Both the position numbers and the translations under genes were made by a program. A stretch of DNA of 64,000 nucleotides from a virus (lineage: Duplodnaviria; Caudoviricetes), in IMG/VR virus record IMGVR_UViG_3300021431_000081, positions 1 to 64,000 of that record; one strand, given 5' to 3'. Every line of letters begins with the position of its first letter. Within the stretch, counting starts at the first letter, position 1. Of this stretch, positions 28,329 to 35,354 are shown piece after piece. The notes beneath the pieces were generated by a model, which searched no databases, had not been told where the DNA came from, and was given only the letters and a program-made list of their open reading frames with translations.

Positions 28329-29074
28329 CAAGACATTATTACATTAGTGAAAAAACATTACCTTCTGCTTATCACAGAGCATTGGTAACATTAAATGAAC
28401 ATGGAAGAATATATTCCTGTTCTGATTGGAATACCAATCAAAAAGAGATCTCAGTCACTATGGAAGTTGAGTGTCCTCTGGAAGAACCAATGATCAGCAA
28501 ATGTTTTATTGGTGGACCGAGAGAACTGGAGCAGTATCGTATGGAGATGCTAGATGGTATTCTGGACTTCGAAGTAGAAAAAGGTAATTGGGCATACACA
28601 TATCATCAAAGATATATTGATCAATTGCCTTTCGTTATTGAAGAACTGAAGAAGACACCTGATAGCAGACGAGCAGTTATGGTTATCAGAGATAAGGCAG
28701 TGGATATGGGAAGTGATGATCCTGCGTGTCTGCAGCACATTCAATATCTTATACGAGATAATAAATTACACTGTTATGTACTTTTTAGATCAAACGATGC
28801 TTGTAAGGCTTCCTTCATGAATATGTTTGCTCTCATTCTTCTTCAAAAACGAGTAGCGGATGCAGTAGGAGTACAGATGGGGCATTACTATCATACTGCC
28901 AATAGTTTTCACTGTTACGAGAAGGACTTTGAGCTGCTTAACAATTACTGTCAGCAGATCGTTACTCATGCGGATGAAGACATTACCTATAATTATGTAG
29001 ATGGATGGGATGAAATCATGGAAGAAGAACGTGATGGAATTCTTGCACAGGTAGAAGAGTTAAAAGAGAGGTGA
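28325..29074 (+). CDS. thyA: thymidylate synthase-family enzyme (short ThyA-like)
   Basis: YTYHQR, DSRRAV, PACL (catalytic Cys), FRSND...MN (Asn specificity residue) and SFHCY. Confidence 0.8.
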   Translation: MTRHYYISEKTLPSAYHRALVTLNEHGRIYSCSDWNTNQKEISVTMEVECPLEEPMISKCFIGGPRELEQYRMEMLDGILDFEVEKGNWAYTYHQRYIDQLPFVIEELKKTPDSRRAVMVIRDKAVDMGSDDPACLQHIQYLIRDNKLHCYVLFRSNDACKASFMNMFALILLQKRVADAVGVQMGHYYHTANSFHCYEKDFELLNNYCQQIVTHADEDITYNYVDGWDEIMEEERDGILAQVEELKER

Positions 29075-29080
29075 AGACCC

Positions 29081-29227
29081 ATGGATGTAAAAGTAACCGC
29101 TGAGATGATTTTTGAGGATCTGGATATACCTGATGAGCCATTCGCAGATGAAGAATGGGAAGAAACTATTAAACTTAGTACACAGGCAGATAAAGTGAAG
29201 GTTATTTCCTGCCAGTATATGGAGTAG
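29081..29227 (+). CDS. small acidic hypothetical protein (not in ORF track)
   Basis: MDVKVTAEMIFEDLDIPDEPFADEEWEETIKLSTQADKVKVISCQYME*, with a GAGGTG RBS. Confidence 0.6.
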   Translation: MDVKVTAEMIFEDLDIPDEPFADEEWEETIKLSTQADKVKVISCQYME

Positions 29228-29230
29228 CTT

Positions 29231-29425
29231 ATGTTATTAGTAGACTTAGATGACGAATTGGATGAATTAGCAGATCGGGAAGAAGACCTTTGGAGTCCTG
29301 AAGTATATATAAGGATTGGCAGTTATATGGCTCCGCTAAGATCTATAAAATATATTCCTGAAGATGACAACCATGAAGAAGCAGTTATTCTTCAGGCAGA
29401 TGATTACGATGATGATTTAATGTAA
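29231..29425 (+). CDS. acidic hypothetical protein
   Basis: GGAG RBS; 64 aa, very Asp/Glu-rich. Confidence 0.65.
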   Translation: MLLVDLDDELDELADREEDLWSPEVYIRIGSYMAPLRSIKYIPEDDNHEEAVILQADDYDDDLM

Positions 29426-29460
29426 AAAACGTGACAATAATCACAGTTTAAGGAGACAAC

Positions 29461-29781
29461 ATGAGTATCATTTTACAGGAACAGGAGACTGTTGTTAACT
29501 TTGGTCGTACAGATGATTACGCTATTATTTATACTTCAGATAATACTCAGATGACAAAATTGGATAAAAAGGTGAAGGAGAACAGTGATGTCTGGTCTGT
29601 TGTTGAAGAGATTAAGGACAGACAGGGCAATGTGGTTGGTAAGAAGTATAAAGCACCTAAGAAGCTGATCTCTTTCAGAAGTACAATTAGTACCAGAACT
29701 GGTGGCAATCCTAATGCAGGTGAAGCGTTAAAGAAATGGCGTGAAGAGCAGAAAGCATTGAAGGAAAATAGTGATGAATGA
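29461..29781 (+). CDS. conserved phage hypothetical protein
   Basis: AAGGAG RBS; EQETVVNF...IYTSD...KLISFR. Confidence 0.75.
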   Translation: MSIILQEQETVVNFGRTDDYAIIYTSDNTQMTKLDKKVKENSDVWSVVEEIKDRQGNVVGKKYKAPKKLISFRSTISTRTGGNPNAGEALKKWREEQKALKENSDE

Positions 29782-29817
29782 TTTTAGTGTAACTAATTTG
29801 AAGCAAGCGAGGCGAAA

Positions 29818-29931
29818 ATGTTAAAAAAAATAATTTATATTATCGAAAGCTTTTTTGAACCATGTAATCCACCATATGATTGTCCATTTTGTATGCATTG
29901 TTATAAAAATGGAAGCGAGATAGAAGATTAA
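29818..29931 (+). CDS. possible 37-aa Cys-rich peptide
   Basis: MLKKIIYIIESFFEPCNPPYDCPFCMHCYKNGSEIED* after GAGG. Confidence 0.35.
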   Translation: MLKKIIYIIESFFEPCNPPYDCPFCMHCYKNGSEIED

Positions 29932-30067
29932 TTCAGTTAAAGCAAACTTTATCTTTGAGGGATAGATACAGACAGGCAAGGAATTGAGAATATAGCTATG
30001 GAGGGCAGACAGATAGCTGCTGTTCTGGATTATATTTTAAGGACTAAAGTGGAATAATGATTTAACA

Positions 30068-30108
30068 AATTATAGCGTGATTCTGATTGGAAGGATCACG
30101 CTATAATT
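30068..30108. promoter_or_regulatory. 14-bp perfect inverted repeat upstream of the integrase (operator or hairpin)
   Basis: AATTATAGCGTGAT, 13-nt spacer, ATCACGCTATAATT; each arm contains a TATAAT on one strand. Confidence 0.65.
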
Positions 30109-30123
30109 GAATGAGGGATTATT

Positions 30124-31362
30124 ATGGATGATGAATTATTATTGAAATACCGTAAAGAAGATGGTACAATAGATGTAGCAGGTTTACAGGCAGAATTAGA
30201 CCAGATGAGAATCCGTAATAAATATCTGACGCAGTTCAAAGAAGACGGTTATGAAATACGGCAGATAAGTAATGGACGTTTTACTGGTTGGTATTACACC
30301 AGAGTGCCTGATAAAACAGGAAAGAATAAAAGTATAAGTATTAAAAGAAAGACTCTGGAAGCATTGGAAGAGGTGATTATTACTACTTATAAAGAACTGG
30401 AGTTTAATCCTACGCTAAGAGAACTTCATGAAATAAGAGTAAAACATGAATATGATAAAGGCAGGATCGCTATAGAGACAACCAGACGATACAAAGAAGA
30501 TTTTAACCGTTGGTTTGGTGAATTCGGTGACAGGCATATAATGAGTCTGACATTAAAAGACTTTGTGGATTTTATGGAAGAAGCCTTTTATAAGAATAAA
30601 CTGGATAACAAACAATGGCAGAAATTGAAGTCTACCGTACAGCGAATAATCAAACAGGCTATCAGAGATGAACTGATTGACTATTCCATGACGGATATTA
30701 ATACCTATCTGGATGTATCTAAGAAAGAGATTGCCAATCATAAGAAACCTCAGAAGAAACAGGTTTATGATGAAGATGAAAAACGGATACTGATTGATTT
30801 CTGTGAACAAAGTGATCTGCCCCATGATAAAGCCATTCAGTTATTCTTCACTACTGGTTTACGGATTGGTGAAATGATGGCTTTGAAATGGGAAGATTAT
30901 CAGAAGACGTATTTATATATTCACAGAGAAGAAAGGACTTGGTTTGATGAAGAAAACCATAAGCATGTCGAAGTAGAAGACAATACTGGTAAAACAATCA
31001 ATGCCATCCGCAAAGTATTTTTACCGTTACAAGCCATTCGTATTCTGGAAGAATTAAAGAAAAAGGCCAAGGATCTGGATGGTTATATCTTTATAAATCA
31101 TCTGGGAACAAGAATTGATGCAGAGGCGGTACGAAAGAGATTGCGGAAGATCTGTCCTGAGTTAGGTGTGGAATACAAATCTCCCCATAAGATAAGGAAG
31201 ACACAGATCTCTGAGAGTTTCAATAACAACATTCCATCGCCTATTATTCAGAAGAATGCAGGACATGCAGATCTGAACACTACCATGAAATACTACGTCT
31301 ACAACACCATGTCTGATGAAAACATCTCTAAGTTATATCAAAGCGTGGAAGGGTGGCAGTGA
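30124..31362 (+). CDS. int: tyrosine integrase
   Basis: TGLRIGE (Arg), GKT (Lys), HKIRKT (HxxR) and GHADLNTTMKYY (His, Tyr); N-terminal arm-binding and SAM-like regions. Confidence 0.93.
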   Translation: MDDELLLKYRKEDGTIDVAGLQAELDQMRIRNKYLTQFKEDGYEIRQISNGRFTGWYYTRVPDKTGKNKSISIKRKTLEALEEVIITTYKELEFNPTLRELHEIRVKHEYDKGRIAIETTRRYKEDFNRWFGEFGDRHIMSLTLKDFVDFMEEAFYKNKLDNKQWQKLKSTVQRIIKQAIRDELIDYSMTDINTYLDVSKKEIANHKKPQKKQVYDEDEKRILIDFCEQSDLPHDKAIQLFFTTGLRIGEMMALKWEDYQKTYLYIHREERTWFDEENHKHVEVEDNTGKTINAIRKVFLPLQAIRILEELKKKAKDLDGYIFINHLGTRIDAEAVRKRLRKICPELGVEYKSPHKIRKTQISESFNNNIPSPIIQKNAGHADLNTTMKYYVYNTMSDENISKLYQSVEGWQ

Positions 31363-31404
31363 TTCAATTGATTCAAAATTGATTCACACTCCCGTTTAAG
31401 CATT

Positions 31405-31431
31405 AAAAAAGCACGTAAATACGTGCTTTTT
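31405..31431. terminator. bidirectional intrinsic terminator
   Basis: AAAAAAGCACGT-AAAT-ACGTGCTTTTT. Confidence 0.8.
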
Positions 31432-31433
31432 AA

Positions 31434-31456
31434 GCGGAGAGTGTGGGATTCGAACC
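31434..31456 (-). other. attP core: 3' end of a tRNA, probably tRNA-Ser (T-loop + acceptor strand)
   Basis: Reverse complement is GGTTCGAATCCCACACTCTCCGC. It lies about 70 bp after int, with no 5' tRNA half. Confidence 0.85.
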
Positions 31457-31650
31457 TCGTTAGTTATAATTAACAAGTTAATAAATCCCAATGATTCTTT
31501 CATTTTTTTAAGGTCAACCTTAAAATAATGCTGATTTCATTGATTCACAACAAAAAATGAGGAAAGGAGATGCCTGTAAACCTGCTAGTTCCGGGTATTC
31601 CTTGAATCAATTCACATCGTGATTCACACTCTGATTCACTCGTGTTCTCT

Positions 31651-31679
31651 ATTATATACATTAACCTGCTTAGTGTCAA
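31651..31679 (-). promoter_or_regulatory. perfect consensus sigma-A promoter pointing into attP
   Basis: On the minus strand: TTGACA (31679-31674), 17-bp spacer, TATAAT (31656-31651). Confidence 0.8.
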
Positions 31680-31702
31680 TAATAGAAAACACGATTTTTA
31701 TA

Positions 31703-31732
31703 TTGACTTTTATATATTCTTCATGCTAAACT
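31703..31732 (+). promoter_or_regulatory. sigma-A promoter for ORF 31758
   Basis: TTGACT, 18-bp spacer, TAAACT with an extended TG, followed by an AAGGAGG RBS. Confidence 0.6.
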
Positions 31733-31757
31733 CTTAATTAAAGGAGGGGTTTATATT

Positions 31758-32027
31758 ATGGCAGAAGAAGAGATTAAAAGAATTCGCAGAGATAAGAAAA
31801 CAGTATTAACTGAGAAGATCAAAGACATTGATGAGAAGATTAACTCTTATCAGTCTAAACTGGATGATCTAAAAGCCAAGAAGAAAGATCTTGAGAGAAA
31901 ACTGGAATACGAGAATAACTCTGAAGTTAGAGAAGCAGAGAAGAAGAAACAAAAAGAAATGATGGCTCTTATTAAGAAGAGTGGATTATCCTTAGAGGAA
32001 TTAACCGAATTACTGAATAAGAAATAA
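31758..32027 (+). CDS. small coiled-coil protein, stand-alone transcription unit
   Basis: Long heptad K/E helix ending LIKKSGLSLEELTELL; has its own promoter and terminator. Confidence 0.8.
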   Translation: MAEEEIKRIRRDKKTVLTEKIKDIDEKINSYQSKLDDLKAKKKDLERKLEYENNSEVREAEKKKQKEMMALIKKSGLSLEELTELLNKK

Positions 32028-32037
32028 TCTTCTGGGC

Positions 32038-32082
32038 AAAAAAGGGGTTATAGCCATTTCTGGTTATAACCCCTATATTTTA
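32038..32082. terminator. bidirectional terminator between the convergent arms
   Basis: AAAAAA GGGGTTATAGCCA-TTTC-TGGTTATAACCCC followed by a T-rich tail. Confidence 0.85.
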
Positions 32083-32961
32083 TTCTTTGATCCACTTAGC
32101 CATTACATAGCCGTGTTTCCCATTGTACTCAACGAAATACCATTTTTCCTTCTTACTGTTTATGATCTCTTTTTCAATTGTCACCTTATTGTTATACTTC
32201 AATGTAGGATAACTTTTCAAGTTGGCAGCAAAGGTGGATGGTTCTTTTCTAAAATTAAGTACGGATGCAATAACAGTACCGATCCGTTGATTATCTTTAT
32301 CTTCAATCACATTATTCGCTTCAGTGACGGCCTGACTCTTCGTAGGCCAATATTCTTTTAACCATCCATATACTTTCTTCTGTCTGGTCCGATATGCACC
32401 AACCTGATTGCCAGTATCAGACTGACAAGCTGCATATAAGTTATCCAGAGTGTAAGGCTTCTTCGTCTTCTTCAGTATTCTGCTGACAGCCCCAGATCCA
32501 CCTTGATGTCTCCAGTTGGCACACATCGCCTGTGCCTGATGATCGAGAACACCTAACTTCTCCGCTTCAGCGCAGAATTTCTGCATCTGTTCACCGACCA
32601 TTTCATCTTGTACACGTTTACCAACATCCGAGGAAATAATGGCAACAATACATCTTGCTTTGGCAGATGTCTTCTTAAGCTTGTATTTCGCCCAGGAAGA
32701 GAGTTTTAGATCTTTAGCTATGCCCTGTGTATCCAGACGCTTAAAAAGGTCAGGATCGGCTTTCTGGATACGTTGAAGAAGGTTCTTGGCTTCGTTCGCA
32801 TAGTGCTGATATTTACCAATGGTAATAGCATGCTCACTGGATGAGTTGGCATATGCTTCGGTGAAGTCATCATAGCGTCCTTTTGAGTATTGGTTTCCTC
32901 CTGTTTCTACGGCTCCAATTATATTAATCAAAACTTGTAATTCATCTTTTGTCAATGCCAT
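32080..32961 (-). CDS. endolysin-like protein: lysozyme-like domain + SH3b
   Basis: IIGAVETGG...ITIGKYQ lysozyme-like motif and C-terminal SH3b (LNFRKEPS...WYFVEYNGKHGYV). Confidence 0.7.
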   Translation of the reverse strand: MALTKDELQVLINIIGAVETGGNQYSKGRYDDFTEAYANSSSEHAITIGKYQHYANEAKNLLQRIQKADPDLFKRLDTQGIAKDLKLSSWAKYKLKKTSAKARCIVAIISSDVGKRVQDEMVGEQMQKFCAEAEKLGVLDHQAQAMCANWRHQGGSGAVSRILKKTKKPYTLDNLYAACQSDTGNQVGAYRTRQKKVYGWLKEYWPTKSQAVTEANNVIEDKDNQRIGTVIASVLNFRKEPSTFAANLKSYPTLKYNNKVTIEKEIINSKKEKWYFVEYNGKHGYVMAKWIKE

Positions 32962-32965
32962 AACA

Positions 32966-33940
32966 TCACACCTTATCTAATTCAATGTACTTCAGGCTGA
33001 CCCATCCTTTGCTTTCTCTGTCATATCCCCAAGTACCTTCGGGATTCATCTTAGTAATAACAACCGTTGTATCATTAGAGATAGATGTAATCCTATCATA
33101 AGAAGTTCCTGCACCCTTACGTACATTCAGACTGCTAGCGGTAACCTTACCCTTAACGGCACTTTTCTTATCAACATAATTCAGACTGATCCAACCCTTT
33201 TCATTGGCATATCCCCAATTATTCTCCACTTTGGTAATACTGACATAATCATTCTTTTTGAACACACCGATCAGCTTACTATGAGTTCCTGCAGCAGTAC
33301 GAATGTTTAACGCATTAGCAGTAATACGTCCAATTATTTCAGTTCCAGTAACTTCTATCTTTTCTTCGGGCACTTCGTTAATAGGTTTGGTGATCACTCT
33401 GGGAGTAGCCTTATCACCATCTTCGATCTGTACTGCTACGTGATGCCCCTCATATAACAGGATGTCACCACGATTGCAGTAATCACCAGAGGACGTATAC
33501 TTCTTAGCGGAGAATACTTCCACCAGTCCAGTATTAAACAGTCTGCGTCTGATCACAGAGGTAGTAGCGGAATTACCATCAATAAACAGCTTATTCTCAG
33601 GAACACCTGCATACATACAAGCGAGTGAAACTAAGGCACTGCAATCTGTCTCTACAGGAATGGTTACTTTCCCCGGATCATAATTATACTTTCTGGCTTC
33701 TTTCAGTAATGTGTTTCTCTGATACTGATCGTAACCAATATTATCATTCTTACATGCTCTCTCCATAGCCCAAGCTACTTTTTCAGCCATTACAGGATCT
33801 TTGAAGCGGATCACATAGTTCCATGGACGGTTATACCATTCACGAATGAAGACTTCCGTATTGCCCTGATCACCCGCTTTTCCACCACTATACTTATGCC
33901 GTTCATCATGCGTAGCATGAGCGATTCTTGGTTTAGCCAT
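32966..33940 (-). CDS. endolysin: NlpC/P60-like Cys-His amidase/peptidase + 2 x SH3b
   Basis: IGYDQ, ETDCSALV and GDILL..GHHVAV, then two LN.R..AG....GW.SL.Y SH3b repeats. Confidence 0.85.
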   Translation of the reverse strand: MAKPRIAHATHDERHKYSGGKAGDQGNTEVFIREWYNRPWNYVIRFKDPVMAEKVAWAMERACKNDNIGYDQYQRNTLLKEARKYNYDPGKVTIPVETDCSALVSLACMYAGVPENKLFIDGNSATTSVIRRRLFNTGLVEVFSAKKYTSSGDYCNRGDILLYEGHHVAVQIEDGDKATPRVITKPINEVPEEKIEVTGTEIIGRITANALNIRTAAGTHSKLIGVFKKNDYVSITKVENNWGYANEKGWISLNYVDKKSAVKGKVTASSLNVRKGAGTSYDRITSISNDTTVVITKMNPEGTWGYDRESKGWVSLKYIELDKV

Positions 33941-33944
33941 TTCA

Positions 33945-34301
33945 TCATCCCCTTTCATTTCCAACAATAGCTTCATAAGCTACAGCTTCAATGTTATCTA
34001 ACTCTGTACATGCAGTCTCAATCAGTGTCCGTACTTCAGGAGTAATGCTGACACCTTTACCTAATAGATAATTGATCACATACTGCTTCTTATCCACCTT
34101 CTTGATTTGACCAGAATTGGCTAACTTCTCAGCAGCTAATACACCCTTGTACACAATGTCATACAGATGCTTTTCCTTAAGCCAAGGAACCAGATCATTC
34201 TTAATAGCGGGAATCACATAATAGGAGATAACCAGACCAATAATGGCTACAATTATCTCTACACCATTCTGTAACAACACTTTCATAATTTCCTGAGTCA
34301 T
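33945..34301 (-). CDS. holin, LL-H-like
   Basis: One N-terminal TM helix; V.AAE, KK..V and LIE.A motifs. Confidence 0.75.
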   Translation of the reverse strand: MTQEIMKVLLQNGVEIIVAIIGLVISYYVIPAIKNDLVPWLKEKHLYDIVYKGVLAAEKLANSGQIKKVDKKQYVINYLLGKGVSITPEVRTLIETACTELDNIEAVAYEAIVGNERG

Positions 34302-34315
34302 AACTTATTCCTCCT

Positions 34316-34726
34316 TTATCCTACAGATTCTTCTTCAGTATCTTCAGTATCCTTTACATTCTCTATATCCTGATGTAATTTATGCATAGCGGTCTCATAT
34401 ATTATTCCACCTGTTGTATTCTCTGCTTTTGACTTATTGGCATATAAGCCATAAGTCATAACCTGACCTGCTATATCTGCTATTAACACACCTAAATACT
34501 GAAGATCCTGAAAATGCCACATAGCTACCATTGCATATATTGCAATTACATTAAAAAGAATAAAACAATAAACTGCCATTAACTTAGAAGTCGATGGCAG
34601 TTTAGGTATTCTTTTATATTTATTTTCCTCTTTCTTTAGTTGTAACTCTCTTTCCTTACTTTCGTTGATTAACTGTAATTCTGTTAATCGCCTGTTAAAT
34701 TCTTGTTCTGATATTAAATGAGACAT
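34316..34726 (-). CDS. two-TM membrane protein, holin-like
   Basis: TSKL-TM-TM-Y..KSKAEN pattern inside the lysis cassette. Confidence 0.65.
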   Translation of the reverse strand: MSHLISEQEFNRRLTELQLINESKERELQLKKEENKYKRIPKLPSTSKLMAVYCFILFNVIAIYAMVAMWHFQDLQYLGVLIADIAGQVMTYGLYANKSKAENTTGGIIYETAMHKLHQDIENVKDTEDTEEESVG

Positions 34727-34735
34727 AAGCGCCTC

Positions 34736-35284
34736 CTAGTAGTTGCCTTGTTGGGTTTCATCTGAAATAGGTAATGCTATCACTTCGGGATAAAGTTTTT
34801 CATCCACCATTCCATTTCCACCTGATTCACGGTATATGCGCACAGCTTCGGTAAACGTTAACAGATCCTGATGAGAAACACATCCTTTACTCATAGCATA
34901 ACGGTGTATACGGTTAATTGTATCTCTCAGGCTTGCTACAGCAATTTCCTTATTATTCTTGTCTAATGCCGTAAGTTGGTTATGAATATCCGTATGATTC
35001 TCTTTCACTAGCTGTGTAAGGCTTGTTAACTGTGTCTTTAATTCTTCCAGTTGACCGTACTGCCATTTATCATGCTTTTCCAGAACCGCTAACCGTTGCT
35101 GAATATCATCATCATGTTCTTCTTCTTTATTTTTTACTTCGTGATATCCATCCAGACGATCCTTTATCCATTTGAATGCCTGGTATAACTCCTTTACGAT
35201 TAAAAAAGAAATAATCAAAGTCACAACCAGTGACTCCAAGCCTTGTATCCCAAGTGGGGATAATATATTTAATATTGTGTCCAT
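34736..35284 (-). CDS. TM + coiled-coil lysis-associated (holin-like) protein
   Basis: N-terminal TM, coiled coil and C-terminal Y...GGNG...LP motif. Confidence 0.6.
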   Translation of the reverse strand: MDTILNILSPLGIQGLESLVVTLIISFLIVKELYQAFKWIKDRLDGYHEVKNKEEEHDDDIQQRLAVLEKHDKWQYGQLEELKTQLTSLTQLVKENHTDIHNQLTALDKNNKEIAVASLRDTINRIHRYAMSKGCVSHQDLLTFTEAVRIYRESGGNGMVDEKLYPEVIALPISDETQQGNY

Positions 35285-35303
35285 CTTACTTTCCTCCAAA
35301 AAT

Positions 35304-35331
35304 AAAGAGACCGTTAAATAACGGCCTCTTT
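35304..35331 (-). terminator. intrinsic terminator between fibre and lysis genes
   Basis: On the minus strand: AAAGAGGCCGTT-ATTT-AACGGTCTCTTT followed by ATTTTT. Confidence 0.7.
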
Positions 35332-35354
35332 AATTATATAGTTATTTATCCTTA

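Larger units (their letters stand above)
31360..31638. repeat. integrase arm-type repeats TGATTCA
   Basis: Copies at 31360, 31369, 31380, 31541, 31620 and 31632, plus an inverted copy at 31603, flanking the tRNA-like core. Confidence 0.75.

Noticed and set aside
28325-29074. dCMP hydroxymethylase
   Set aside because: The specificity position after RSND is Asn (dUMP-type), not Asp.
29909-30040. ATG-started frame with four in-frame TAG codons, suggesting amber recoding
   Set aside because: All large genes are intact under the standard code, and several end at TAG right before the next gene (e.g. 2299, 5126). This is probably chance in a non-coding gap.
31434-31456. Complete tRNA gene
   Set aside because: Only the T-loop and 3' acceptor strand are present, with no D-arm or anticodon arm; it is interpreted as the attP core.
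31360-31638. CRISPR-like or iteron array from the TGATTCA repeats
   Set aside because: The repeats are only 7-11 bp, irregularly spaced and flank an att core, which fits integrase arm sites.
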